Made by a program: the position numbers and the translations under genes. From Phoronis australis (lineage: Eukaryota > Animalia > Phoronida): 64,000 bases of DNA. The notes under the pieces are model-generated. The model ran no database searches. It was given only the letters and a program-made list of their open reading frames with translations, and was not told the origin of the DNA. The stretch lies in contig NMRA01000686.1 in assembly GCA_002633005.1 (NCBI GenBank), positions 141,552-205,551 on the forward strand, read 5' to 3'. Shown in pieces: positions 27,701 through 42,700 of this stretch. The first letter of the stretch is position 1. Each line of letters starts with the position of its first letter.

Positions 27701-30700
27701 TCTTGTTTGGTAAGACATCGAGATAATTTCATTTTGATGGGGTTCTCATCCTTTCTAACTTGCTTCAATTTAAAATGAACACATCTCTTTTGTCTATAAA
27801 TGTTCTTAAAGTTTCTTTGCATGTAAGGTCCTTTTAATTTCGCATTCTACATAGCTGACGTTTTTTCGAATGAACTCGTAGAAACGATTTTGTTCACCTA
27901 AAAGAAGTTGTATTGGAAGATTGACTTTGTAAACTAGCTGACATGTACTAGGCCTACATAGCTGGACACCCTGAGTTCAGATATTCAGTTCACGCTTTTT
28001 TACACGTTCACGTAAATATTTAGATGTTGCAAAGCTCACTTTTGTTACCGTAACGTGAATCGACAGAGTAATTAAGTATGCTTTGCGAAGTCTCTCTATG
28101 ATAACATATAACCAGTGTGATATGTGTAACGTTCAAACATTGTTTTAGTTTCGAGAGCGATATTTGAGCTTTCAAATCTATAGGTCTACAATCTTTTGGA
28201 TTAAACCCTTCTTCCGTTACATTAAACAGCATTGGCGTACATTCGATTTCATTTGACGGTTTCCAAACACCTTTTTCTGAATATCTTCCCATAGTTCTAT
28301 TTTCGGGTATTCTCGGCAAGTCGTGCTTGGTCCTACAAGTGCTGAAAGCATGTCTTATTTAACCTTATTGATGCTGAGCCCGCTTTTGGCCTGTACTACA
28401 TTACACATCTATTAACAACGACTTCTCATCCAGAACTCAAGAACGAAATAATGCTCAGTTGGGCAAGACAGCAAGAGCCCTTATACCCATTCTGTGACCC
28501 GGTGATTACAGTATGTGTATTTTAGTATAATAGTGGTTGTATCACCCAAGTAAGACGTGGGTTATATGGCAGTAGTCCGAAGGTGCACTAGTCCGAATAT
28601 AGTCAAGATTTCGGACTGGCGGATGTTTTTCACATTTTTGTACATTCAACTATTCAGAAACTTCCGAAAGCACCAGCCCGCCGGGCACCAAAAAGACCCT
28701 GCATGCAGAAAATTCGGATTTCCATGCAACACACTGTGTTATTACAGCGCAATGTTCATGAAACCAATGCAATTCAAGAGCAGTGCTACACTTGCTCCAA
28801 TGTATCAGTACGCATGTCTCAAAAATTTCTCTTAAGTGGTTTATGGTGTATTTCCCACTTATTAGTGAGAAGCCTTTAGGACCATTGCACATTCAGACTA
28901 GTGAGCTGCTTTCAAGAGGAGAATGAATGTTACCAGGAGACAGAAAGGTGATCGGTGGAAATCACCAAAATAGGAATCCAATTGACTTTGTCTGCTAAAA
29001 GTACTTTTTAATTCACAATTTTCTAAATCATGACACGTGTATCTTCCACTGATTTTTTTAAGAAATGCAAGCTCTCCCTTACTAACGACATTCAGCCATG
29101 TTACGAAGTGTTCACAGCTGGCCAGTGAAAGGGAATTCGCATCCAAAGGATAACATGATTTGAGGAACACCTCATAAACCCCGAAAATAAGGACTTATAT
29201 ATTTGCATGAGGATACAATGAGTAAAACTTTTGTGATGTCATTTCTGTTGCTAGTTTTGGAAGGGTAGTTGCGAAACTCCGTTTACGTAATCGCCTTACA
29301 ATCGTGTAACTACCCAAAAAAGTTGACTTCCAAGAATTTCAATAATCTAGCCCAACTCACACGTGTAGCCGTTGTGATTCGTAAGATATCGGATCCAAGT
29401 CAATACTCTGTTATATGTTATGTGACGTTTTACACCCATAAAAACATGGACACTAGAAAAACATTTGCATTTATCTTACATTTCATTTTGAAGTACCTTC
29501 AATGGTCTATAGTACATGGGTTATCGTATTGCCTGGAAGACAAGGTCTTGGTATTACAGAGTAGTCAAACAAAACGTTTTAGAACACGTTTCAATGGTAT
29601 AAACAATGCTTTCGCTCACACCAGAATGAAAATGAATCAGACTGTAAGACTACTTCCTTATCTTCGAATATGAGAACATACTTCTCATTACTTATAATTT
29701 TTGTAACAGAGCAAGTCTCCACTGAGCATTAAAAATGTGTATTTCACCTCATCAGGCATACGTTCAGTTCAGTTACACATGATAACGATCAATTTCATGT
29801 AGGTAAATGAAGGAAAAACCCTTCTCCTAAGCCTGTCGCTAGCGAAGTGCCCGACACCTACAGTCGCGCCCGCATGCCCACGTAACAAAGGCGCACTGAG
29901 ACGCAACAAAGACATAAGCATTAGAATAACTGAACATTTGCAACCAACTAAGAACAACCATAAGCGTAAAGTTCCGGACGTCCCGTCACATTTTCATCAC
30001 TTAAGAATGTAGATGTGGTATCTATAAACATAAATAACACATGCGTGGAAATGTAACAAGCAAGGAAGATCACAAGATACAACAAGGAGACAAAAGGAAA
30101 CAGAAAAATTAATTGGATAAAACTGACTCAAAATCTCTCAAAAGCTGTAATTATACATGTACATGTGTTGCATTCTCATAGATTTATCTATCTCACATTA
30201 TTTAGTATTTTGTGAAAGACAAACTGTAGAATGCTACCTTCTCGTTTTTGTTGAAACATGGAAAGTCTAGTTTAGTAAAAATCTTGTTTTATACCACTGC
30301 CTTTTTAGGAAAAAAACAAACAGAACTACTACAATTCATACATGGTTTCAACAATTCGGTAATCTAATCCACAAGGGTTGTATAACACTCCAAGCCCTAA
30401 CAAAACACATATATCAGATTCAGGGACGTCATAACAGAAAGATAAAAATCGACATTTTTTAATAAACAGTGGGTGAGGATAAGTTTGTGAATCAATCACA
30501 AATTAAAACCATATCATGAGACCTTATAGAAAATATTCGATGCAATAACTGATTCCTAATAAATATTCTGATAAGTCATGCAAAGGTTCCTTAGTATTTT
30601 CACAAAAGGTCGAGTGTATGCACTACAAATACACATACATCTGCAAATATATGATATCAAAATCATGAACGCATTTCCGTGATCATTTGATTAATACAAT

Positions 30701-33700
30701 ATGAATTTTGCTTGGTTGGCTATCACCACGAATAAAACAATTGAAATCTTACCTTATGAAATTTCTTCAAACTAAACAAACATCATACAAAAGTTATTTC
30801 AAAAAGTGCTTCTAATTTGAAGGGAAAGATAGATCATAATAAACGGCTTAAACCGCAAACTTCATAAATCAAAAAAGTGTAATGGAAAGTGGTCTAACAT
30901 AAATTTAGCGCACGAGACTTGATCAACTTGGCTTAAAGTTTTCCTTATCCCACAACATTTTCAACTTGCTCATAAAAAACGGTATATGGGTCATCTTCAA
31001 CCCTCCCAAGGCTTTATTTTCAACAATAACTTGACAATTCCCGTTATAAATGTTACGGTTCCGGACAAAACAATGTTTTCCAACTAAGCAGCGACTGGAC
31101 GAAGGAATGCTGAGGAAAACATGTATATTTTAAATAACAACCCAACCAGGTACAATTGGCAGTATTGTAGCCCAATGTGTATTTTTTAAGAATACTGGAA
31201 CTTTTTATCAATATAATTTAACTTCAAAGTATTTTCCAGGCTTGTTGTAAAACTTATATCCAAAAAAAGAAAAATTCTTACTTCCCCAAGTTACGTTTAT
31301 ATCTTGACAAAATAACGTTTTCATAGAGCTAAAATCACACAAACATTTTGTTTATTAGGGGCGGATCCAAGGCACAGTATTAGCCAGGATTTTGCCTGTG
31401 AGACATACGCCTCCCAAAATGCCAAATGTAATCTGGGAGACCTTTAAGGGGCATAGCCCCCTTGACCCCCTTTTTAAATCTGCCACTAAGGACGAGAATA
31501 CTGCATCGAAAAATTTTAAAAATTGATTAGAACCAGTAGTCAAAGGACATCTTGTTCAATAGTGTATAATGTCATACAAAAGGGTATATTTCATCACGTA
31601 AAAAGTCCAGCTAAACTGTTTGATTACCATGGGTTAATTCAAGATTATTTTAGCAGTTTTGTAGCATGAAAGGAGAAATTGTAATGTGTGTTAAGCAAAG
31701 ACAGGAGTCCCCAATCACGAGGAATAACGGTTCTTATGATTAGACTTGTTGATTCAATGAATCTGAAGCTAGATACAAATATTTTCCGAAACACTGAAAT
31801 TTTGATGAACCACCTTCGGACTAGGAACAATTGTCGTTTTTGATAAATACATGCTTCTTCGTACGTACTACTTATTCCACGATTCAAAATTGTTACATGC
31901 AGCTAGCATCATATAATTTTGGAATGACAATTGCATTGCTTATGGGGGTGCCTTCGCTACTGTCGCACACCCTTGGCTACAACCATGGTTCTGGCTCGAA
32001 GTTACACGTACACTGTATCAGTAGGCCTAACCCAGACCAGTCCATGTTCGACGCAAAGGCCTAATCATTTTATAAATAGATCACAAAAAATCACGAAGCC
32101 CATAACTTAGCAAGCTATACCAAACTTCTCCAAACCACTTCTGAAAACACCCCGAGCGAAGTTGTTGAAAGTTCAAAACGTAACGGAAAGGTTTAAAGAT
32201 CAAAACGTAATGGAGAGGGATAGGGAGCATCAAAACAGAGTGAATACGAAATTGGACGATATCAAAATAGGTTATTGGCTGAAGATTAAAGTTGTTAGAG
32301 GTGAATGTCTGTTAGAAAACCTTTCGTATGGGGTACATTTAAGGATGCACTTACGAAGAAATCTTTCAACAAGTAACGACGTCGAACAAAATGCAAGCCT
32401 GTAAAGCGTACTTTTGAAACACTTTTCTTACAAAACCTCGTTGAAAGAGCTTTTTCCAAATTGTTCCTCTTTATTTTCGAGATCTCTGCCCAGTCAATGA
32501 ATCAATGATGGGGTTATAAGTAGACCTACCGTTTCGACGTCAATCTCATCCAAACTGAACTGTACGATGAACTGTGCTTTTAAAAAGGCAGAGCTCAGCT
32601 GGGCAGTTTCCACGCGCACACGCACCAAACGATACATTTTGTTGTTAAAAATATTTTAAAGGACAATTCCTGATCGCGGAAAAAAGGCGGTTTATCATCC
32701 ATAAACAAGATGTGAACAAGACTACCTTGTTCTTAAATCAACAGATGGAATTCCCAAGCACAGTCCATGTGCTCCTTTCTTGGATTACTTCACACACAAA
32801 GCAAAATACGTGCAAAATTTGAATACCCACATTTGTTTGCAAGCAGTCTAGATCTACTATCAAATTTCCATGTGCCCAATATATAAGACATTTACTGGAA
32901 AATACTATTGTAAACTAAAGTGGCTGCACCAACTATACAACAAATAGTATTTCTAAATTAACCATAAAAATATTTCTCTGGTAGCCACTCATTTATTCAA
33001 CAAAATACTCTTCCATTTGAAAGCTGGAATTACGGTACCCAAATTAGAAAAAAATCACTATCACTTATTTGTAATTTCAGCCCTATAACACTTCAAAAAT
33101 CTTGCTCCAAATTTGACATGGAGTAAAATGTACATTTTTACTTTACTTGTTTTTAAAGTTACCAACATCAATTTGGTTTCATGAGTTGAAAAAGTACCAT
33201 ATCTCACCTGGATGAAATTGTTCACGAAACAAACTAAAAATTAAATGTTAGATAAATAATTTTAGATGTGGCATCCGCGTTTGAGGCGGTTCTACAAGAC
33301 CTACTCATGCACGAACGTGTCCCGTATGAAATGTCAGAACGCCCTATTCACTTGGTAGTACAACTACACGGTGTGCTTCCAAAACCCTCACTGCCAGGCT
33401 TTGTTTAGGTAGGTGTAATGCAAGTTAGTGTCCTCGAACTCTGTTTTTTTCTGCTGTATAACAAAGACTTTCCTTCAGACGTCAGCTCCAAAATCATTTA
33501 TATTAGGTACCTCACATGTAATCCATATCTCAAGAACCTTTCCATCCACCTAGAATTGAATATTATTTCCAGAGCTTGTAAATAGCTCATGAACTTCAAG
33601 GTTGACATAAAGTGTTGATTTTGCATTTCCAAAAAGCCCCTGACCCACTTTATATCTGAACCTGAATGGTGGAGTTATTCTCATAATTATAGACGTCTAT

Positions 33701-36700
33701 GCATTGTATTGGCCGATGAACTGTCACTTGATCGCACCATCGAGTCTCTGGCAGTAAAATCAATTTCTAATCAACCTACGGAAACATGTATCGCATCTTC
33801 GTTGCATGTTTTCAAATCGTTTGCATACACCTACTTTGACTATTATGACGTAATCTACTAAGCAGAACTTCATGTAAGCAGATGGTGTAGGACCTTAACT
33901 TTGTTTGACACGAACAGAATACAGTACCAGGCTGCAGTAAACATTACCGGGCGGTGTCACGAAAGGATCGAACACAATCGAAAGTCTTTAATGGTCCAAG
34001 TTGTCATTGTGTTGAAAGCCGCATTCAAGTGTTAACACATCAAGTTCTCAACAAATTAAAAAATATACCCAAAAAAAAGTTCGAAAATCATCTATTACAA
34101 AAACCTAGATGTGGGTATAATTCAACAGCATTAGAATCTCGCCAGGACCTTTGCGAGATTCTGTACGCCTGTGATCTGATAAATATCTTCTTTAATGTTC
34201 CCCTGTTGTTCATGTTAATTCGATTCCCGAACTTAATTTTACATATTGCAATTGCCCAATCTAGAGAATTGGAAATGACATACCTTATTCAGCATATTAA
34301 TTTCGACGGTGCGTGAGAGGGAAAAACTAAAAATTTGCGGTGACGTGACAAAGAATTTCCCGTATAAGAGTACGATTACTTTTACTACATACGACAAAAG
34401 CATACAAAAAATTAACATTGTGAACAAGTTGCGTAAATAATACATTTCAAATTGTGATGTTCAATCACGACTTCACAACTGCTTCTTGGACCCCGTGGTT
34501 AACAAAAATTGATAGCCGTAGTACTAGAACGTCAAAAAATTGATAACCTCCATTCATTAAAATAACGCCAAAGAGCAACCAGTGGTACCAAAATAAATAA
34601 AGAACGTCACTATAACATCTATAGATGAAATAATAATAATTGTCTTTTGTGCGACTTATTTGTTTGAATGTCAACGGCTTAAGTAAATGTTGAAAACCTG
34701 GTACATGTACTTTTGTATTCAATTTAAGTATAATTATTATAATCGAGTAATTTGCAAAACTCCTGCAAAATCAAATGACCATCTGATTTAGCAAACGCTA
34801 AAACACACGCCTAAAAACCAGTTGCGGATTTAAGGGGGGGGGGGCAAGGGAGTCATGAGCCCCCTAAAATTCTCCCAGGTACCATGAACAAACCCCGTTT
34901 TCGGCTAAATCACAATCAAGGTCCATATTCGAGAGTTGACAGTGTTACGGTCTAAAATAATTTTTTTGGTCACTTACCAAATGCCAATTAAATCTGATAT
35001 GCAAATAGTTATTCAGTTGTGCAAATTAAAAAAAGAATCATCAAAATCGGACAATGTTTGAGAAACTTATGCATGTTTTTGTCTATGAATTTCTTGCATT
35101 TTTAGCGTTACGAGTGGCCATTTTAAAAATAACAAATTTCAACTGACACCAGTAGTAAATAAATTTATTTTATCAAGCAAGCAAATGCTTGGATATGGCT
35201 GGGAACAACTTGGGTCACTTTCAAGGTTAATTAGATGAAGTTGTTCTTAATCACTGAGAAATGGTAGGGTTCATCGTAAAACTGGAACTCGTTACAAAAT
35301 TTGTAAATTCTGTGTTTCTAACCCTCACCTACTGTAAAGAAGGTTAAAAACTAAAGTTCACACCCTGTAATGAAAAGAACTGCAAAATATGTCAGCCTAA
35401 GCAACACAGCAAACTATTCACTATCTAAACAAACCAAAAGTTTGGATATTGACTGGGTTCTGCTATGTTGAAAATGGGCCAAAAGGGCTAACAAAATGTA
35501 GTGTACGTACCCCCTAGTGGAATTCAGTAACACAAATGGACATTGCAAATGAAATTATTGCCCTTTAAATAAGAACATAGTGCTTATTATCACCAAAGAA
35601 AAATAAATGTCCATACAACATTATGTTACCATGTGATGCAGAAACAGTGATGTAGTGTACGTACCCCCTTTTGTAGTGTACGTATCCCCATATTTACAAA
35701 TGCCATGAAATTAAAATAACACTCGGTAAGTTAGCAACATTGTTCATAGACAGTTTCCTTCCTTAAAAGTATTAGGTTAAAAGAGTGTTTATTGCCAATG
35801 CATTTGTTTTGAGTGAAATATTAGCGGTTGTGTAGTGTACGTACCTCCATATTTTAATTTGTGCCTATTTTCAAAGTATGGCAGATATGCCTATGAATGT
35901 TGTGCTTTTATTGTTTCTCTTTGAATTGATTTAGTAAATCAACTAACTCTCAGTCGATTCTTAATATTTAGTTACAAACCTGACATGTCATTGAAATGCA
36001 GTGTACGTACTCCTGTGTAATGTGCGTACCTTCAACCTCTGTGCTATAAACTATTGCTCATTAGAGGTTTTACATACTGCTGTTCTCATGAACAATACTG
36101 ATATTTCCAAAATGAATACAGTCTGACAAAAAAAACAATGGACATTATCAAATTTGTAGACAATAAAATGCCACAAAGGACTTGGCTAGTACTCAAAATC
36201 CTAGAAGACACGTCATGTGATAACTGATACTGCAGAGGCAGGTTCTCTATCTCCCAAGACAACTTTAACTTGCAATAAGCCAACAAGTAGAGGAGGCACA
36301 AAACTCAAGACCATTCCATACAGTTGTAACTTAGTCAAAATTTGACGCTGATTGACTTTTCGTAGTGTACGTCACCCATCAACCAGTAACATTTTTACTG
36401 TTTACAAGTGGAACACTGGCACTAGCATTGCTTAAAACTATTTAAACCAACTAGTGAATTTATTGAAAACTAGGCAAATAGCACCAATAAAGTTTTTGAA
36501 AAAAGTAGTTACTTGTCATTTTCTTTTTGTAAGTATCATATTGCAAGAGAAGAAGTTATCATTATACTGTGTTAAGATAAGCAATGTAATGATCATCTAG
36601 AACAACTGGATCAGCACGGTAACGGCTTTTCTTACCTTACTATGTGACACTTCTTCAAATTGATCAAGAACTTATTAAATTAACAGCTACCTTATGAGTT

Positions 36701-39700
36701 TTTGCATGATAGAAGTGTGCTGTGACCACAAGTTGTAGTGTACGTACCCTTTTATACAGATGTGATGCATTAGGCCATAAAACTTTATTCGGTGGTTCTT
36801 GTGCAAATATATTTTAGATTGCAAACCTGGAATGATGGTACTTTATAATAACCTAGCTTTTATAGTTATATGACAACCTTAAGTTTTCACCAAAAGTGGC
36901 CACCGAATAAGGACCTTGATTGTGATTTGCCCGTTACCGTTTTTTGTAATAAGGTCTACAAACCCCAAGATTCGAGACCCCTGCATCCCTACATTTTAGG
37001 CTGGGCGCTCTCGTGGCAATATTCTGGTTATTCCTGTGCCTTGGCCCCTCCTAACTCAAAATCCTGGATCTGCCCCTGACAACAGTGTCTCGGAATCACA
37101 AAATCACAACATGGTCATCTACTAAACTCCAAGCACTTGCGGCTAACAGCACTTCGGGTAAAATAGCTTAGATTCTGGTCTGTATTTCTCGAAATATGAA
37201 GTCCTACACCGTATTCTAGTAGTGCACCTTCACTCAAAAGTCATGTAATATAACCTAAATTGACGCTTTGACACCACCAACGGTCCAGTAACTGAAGTCG
37301 AAAGGGGCTGTGACTGTGACCAAAAATGGAACACTTGGCTTTGGAAATGCATATAAGTCAAAAGAAGCGGCATTAATCCCTTTCATCATGGCAAAACAGT
37401 TTTCTTTGTGGACATGTCGATTACTAATACGAAATTGACCTCGGTCAAAAAAGGTAATTTCATAGTATTTTAAAAAATGTATGCAGTTCCAATTTCATTC
37501 TGAAGAAATGACTGCGCCTCACTATTATTAATCATCCACTAAGTCCATTCCCCTAAGCAAAATCCGAAGTAATTGTACAACAGCTACGTGGATGCTTTGC
37601 AAAAGTGCACACCTGCTTGACAAAGACAACTCCTTCATTCACTTAACTTTACCTAAATGTTTGACCGAAATTCTCGTGAGCTCTGTTAGCAAAGATAAAA
37701 ATGGTTAACAGTTACAGTGCAGATATCAAATAGATTCGACCTATAAGGCAACACTTGTACAGAAACTTTCTTTTAAAGGTGCACTTCAAGCCCGTGATGA
37801 CGAAAATAGTGTTCATGAGTGAATACTTACTAAAAGATTATTCAGTTGCTGGTTTACGTCCCATCCGCTCTTTAAATACTTCTCCAGAGTAGTACAATCA
37901 CCATTCCACGCGGCTCTTTCAACCTGAAAATATTAATAAGTAAATATGGATTATACATGACACAGCGTATGTGCACTATAATTATGGAGTCAACTTTACA
38001 AGCCGGGAGCTCTTTAGATGATATGAAAATTCCAAATACATGATTTTCTATTTAACATTTTGCTTCTACTAGCTAAACAGTACGTTTACAAAGAGAGATG
38101 TCACAAAAGTATACCTAATTTTCTCAAGTTCGATAAAAAAACTTATGAATACTATAATGCTGAAAAATTAAATGCACATAAAAACCTTGTAGATGACAGA
38201 TTCTCTGCAAAATGGGAAAAATTTATTGTTCATGTTAACTTCATGTAGAAGATACTTACTTTAAACGAGATATGAGAATGGTCTTCCTGAGGTGTGCATG
38301 CGTGTACTTATTTGTTTTGTTTTGTTTGTTTTTGTAATTGTTTGTAAACGATAATAAATACATAAAAACATGGAAAAAAATTCCAAAAGGGTCGGGTTGC
38401 CGCTGGGTTTTGATAATTGAAACAACGTGAACACGATCAATGTATTTGGTAGACTTCTTCCTCCAGAGAATCCTTCGTGATTGGACCATTTTATTGTCAT
38501 TTTCATTTCAATGTATTATGTTTAATTTCAGTTTCCCCACAAGATGCCAACTGGGGTTGGTATCCTGCCCTCTCAAACAATGTTTGGATAGGTACATGTA
38601 GTTGGCCCTTAGGTATATCTAGAGGACATTTATCCATTTAGGCCCAGTCTCGAGTTGGAATACATTGACTCATGCATTGTCCAGGTGCATCTCCTAGTGT
38701 CTTTGTCCGTTGAGGTTACGGTTCCTTTAGGTATTCAAGGTTTTGGTGGCATCATCTTGAGAATGTGCGGAAACGAGGATGTTAAGTGGGTGGGAAGGAC
38801 GAAACAGATGCGTTTCAGAAATCATCTTTTATCGATGCCTACGGTACGCATTTCACACTAGCCAAAACATTAGATTGGTCTGGAATATGGCTGTGTGCAG
38901 TCACCGACTAGAATCTTGATTCAGGCAACATGACAATTTTTATGTGTTTGCACTGCATTATTCTAGAATCTGAACGTTAATCATAAAAAGGACTGTGATG
39001 CGCGAGAATTAAATCAGTGCAAGATAAGCGCAAATAATTGCAATTGTGCCAATGTTATATTTACCCCCCCCCCTCTTTCTCACGCTCACCTGTTCCGTGT
39101 TCTCATAACCCCTATTTAGGGAACTTTGGCGCACACAATCACTTTTATATTTGGTTGTTTGTACTTCATTCTAGCCCGGATTAACCCTATCCAATATTAC
39201 ATGTTTCTTTAGTATTATTTTTTTGTATTGCTACATATCATTTCCATGATCAACTATCGTTATTGAATAATAGCATTTACCAAACTTGCCTAGTATTCTT
39301 GTACAGCGAACCAACTGGAGTTGATATAACGTGCTACTATGAACGACATTAGTGATGCACCGTATTTGAATCATGTCCAAATTTCTCGGTCAAACTAACA
39401 ATCGCTGGATACACGACGAATAAATTCGTCAGTGGCCTTGTGTTCGTGTAGTGAATTGCCTCTTATTCGCACACAGAACTTGTCGGGACAAAGAATATGA
39501 ACTTGACACTATAAAAATGCTCAGGGTGGAAAACCTGATATTGTACACGTAGTTTATTGTTGGATTTGAAAAGAACTTTTAGTAGTGTATATATTGTTCA
39601 TTGACGTGGGCTCAATACGCGAACTTGCTTATGGTTCGCGCCGGCATCATTTTAATACCGCACATCACAGCTAAAAGGCATCTGCTGCATCACTTTTACA

Positions 39701-42700
39701 AAGTATGTTTTCGTCTATTAAAAAAAACTATTGATTATGCATATATGAAAAAACAAACCTGTTATAACTTTAAGTATCTTTGCTTTGAATATAAGCATGT
39801 ATAGTCAAGTGGCCGAAAGTCACATATTTGACATTTTAACCCATAGCATTAGCCGTCAAACTTTTGTTTTCTGTGCACGTGACCAGAGAATAACCTTTTG
39901 GACAGCTCCTCTGGCATGTGACACGGTTATAAAACGGCCGCACAGAGACCTCTACGGCATGAATTAATATAAAATTTCACCCAATGAGGGATTGTCTTCT
40001 TAGCAATAATTTCTTAAAATGACTTTGAATACCTGTGAAATTTATCAACTATCGGGCAAATCACAGTCAAGATCCATATTCCGTTGCCACTTTTGGTGAA
40101 AAAATGAATTTTGACACATGACTGTAAAAGCTGGATTATTTTAAAGTAACATCATTCGAGGTTAGTGATCTAAATATTTTCGCACAAGAACCACCGGATA
40201 AAAGTCATGGCCTTATGCATCACGGTTGTATAAAAAGGTTCCGTACACTACAACTTGTGGGCACTGCCCACTTCTATCATGCAAAAATTCATAAGATAGA
40301 TGTTAATTTAATAAGTTCTTCGTCAAATCGTTGAAGTATGACATACTAAAGTAAGAAAAGTTATTACCTTACTGATCAAGTTGCTCTATATGATGATATA
40401 TTGCATATCTTGTCACAGTATAACAATAACCTCCTCTCTTGCAATATGATTCTTACAAAAAGAAAATGACCAGTAACTCCTTTTTTCGAAAACTATATTG
40501 GTGCTATTTGCCTAGTTTTCAATACATTCACCAGCTGGTCAAAATAGTTAAAGCAATGCTAGGCCCAGTGTTCCAATTGTAAACAGTAAAAAATGGTACA
40601 GCTTGGGGGGTACGTACACTGCGCATAATCAATCAAAATCAAATTTGACTAAGTTAAAAGTCTAAAGGATGCATGGTCTCGAGTTTTGTGCTGCCACTGG
40701 TAGGTTTGTTGTAAGTTGTCATGAGAGATAGAAAACCTGCCTCTGCAAATTTAGATGTCACATGACGTGTCTTCTAGGATGTTATTAGCCAAGTCCTTTG
40801 TGGCATTTTATTGCCCACAAATTTTATCATACGCATTGTTTTTTTTGTCAGACTGGATGCATTTTCGAAATATCAGTATTGTTCATGAGAACAGCAGTAT
40901 GTAAAAATACTTGTGAGAAATACTTTATAGGTCGAAGGTACGTAAACTGCACAGGGGTACGTACCCTACACTTCAATGACTTCTCAGGTTTATAAAAAAT
41001 ATTTAGAATGTACTGAAAGTTAGTTCATTTACCAAATGTAGTCAAAGGGAACAAATAAAAAGTACAGCAAGCATATGCATATCTGTATGTCATTCTCTGA
41101 AAAAGCCACAAGTTAAAATATAGGGTTAGGTACACAAAATGCTAATAATTCACTCAAAACAAATGTATGTGCAATTAACACCCATTTAACCTAGCATTTT
41201 AATGGAGAAAACTGTATGTGTCAAATGTTGCTTACTTATCGCGTAGTATTTTTGTTTCATGGTATTTGTTCACATCGGGGTACGTACACTACACAGGGGT
41301 ACGTACATTACATTACAATGACATGTCAGATGCGTAACTGAATATCAAGAATCTCCTGAAAGTTAGTTGATTTAATAAATCAATTCAAAGAGAGAACAAA
41401 TAAAAACCACAGCATTCATGTGCATATCTGCCATACTTTAAAAATAGGCACAAATTGAAATACATGTATAGGGTACGTACTATACACAAATACTAAAATT
41501 TCACTCAAAACAAATGTATTTGCAACAAACACCCTTTTAACGTAACAGCTTTAAGGAAGGAAACTGCCTATGATATGTTGCTAACTTACCAATTGATATT
41601 TTAATTTCATGGCATTTGTATACATGGGGGTACGTACACTACAAAAGGGAGTGATAATAAGCACCTTGTTGTTATTTAAAAAGCAATAAGTTCATTTGCA
41701 GCAAATTCTTACTTAGTAAAATATATTTCTTTTCTAAATTTGACAGTTGAAACTTGTAATTTTTAAAATGGCCACTCATTAAGCTAAAAATGCGTAGAAT
41801 TTATAGACAAAAACATGCATAAATTTCTCAAACGTTGTCTGGTTTTGATGGTTCTTTTTTAACATGCACAACTAAATAATACTTTGCATGTGAGAATATG
41901 GACCTTGACTGTCATTTAGCCGTATGTTGAAAATGCATCACGACCCCCCCCCCCATAAACATCGCAATATAATCCTCGTGTCTCCTAATTTTGGCAAAAT
42001 TGCTTCGAGAGAAAAAATGCTGAACGAGTCAGTGAGGTTTTTGAGTCTAATGAAGTCATGTTATTTATAAGCAGCAGTTTGCACAAACTACGATTTAAAG
42101 TACTGGTTCAACAGGTTTCACAACCCCACGCACCCGGAGAACAATGGTCTTCACTCACCGGGCAACACAGTCTAAAATAAAGAATTAATGAGGAAGTCCT
42201 CATCATAATAACATTGGTATGAATGACAGGGTTCCCGTCAGTGACCACCACAACAGGCTCAGCTACAAACGAGAAAGCCAAACAATCATTTCCCGTCCAA
42301 TGAATACTAGAACAATGTTGGTGTGCAAAACGACTGGACTCGTATGACAAGAGAGAAATGATTCAACGCAAATCATTTTACAACCAAAAAAACACCTCTA
42401 ATATTCGTGTATCCTAATTGTCCTCGTCATCTTGTCACGTGTTCCTCCCCAAATAAAGCTTCAATATTTCTTTACAGTCCGGTGTAAGGGAAGAAAGCAT
42501 GACAAATAAATGAACAACAGTAAGAAAGAAGAATACAGTGAACATCACTGACTCTTCACTAAGCAGATAATATCCTTCTGAACCAGTAAAACATCAATAC
42601 CCGGTATTACATTTTTGATAGTTTAATCCGATGATTTCTTTCGTTCACGGCGAAGCAATAAATGATGCCGAGATAAGTATATTGAGTATTGGTCCATTTT

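Noticed and set aside
32530-32637. Candidate first exon MYRLVRVRVE...DEIDVET|gtaggt (minus, phase 0) that could join GQTALH
   Set aside because: Exons at 46065-46009 and 37923-37831 fit better, are ankyrin-like and are conserved in the paralog. This one has no such support, though an alternative first exon cannot be excluded.
35490-36750. CRISPR-like appearance of a repeated 16-bp motif with spacers
   Set aside because: Eukaryotic DNA, irregular spacer lengths, spacers shared among three transposon copies, and no cas genes.
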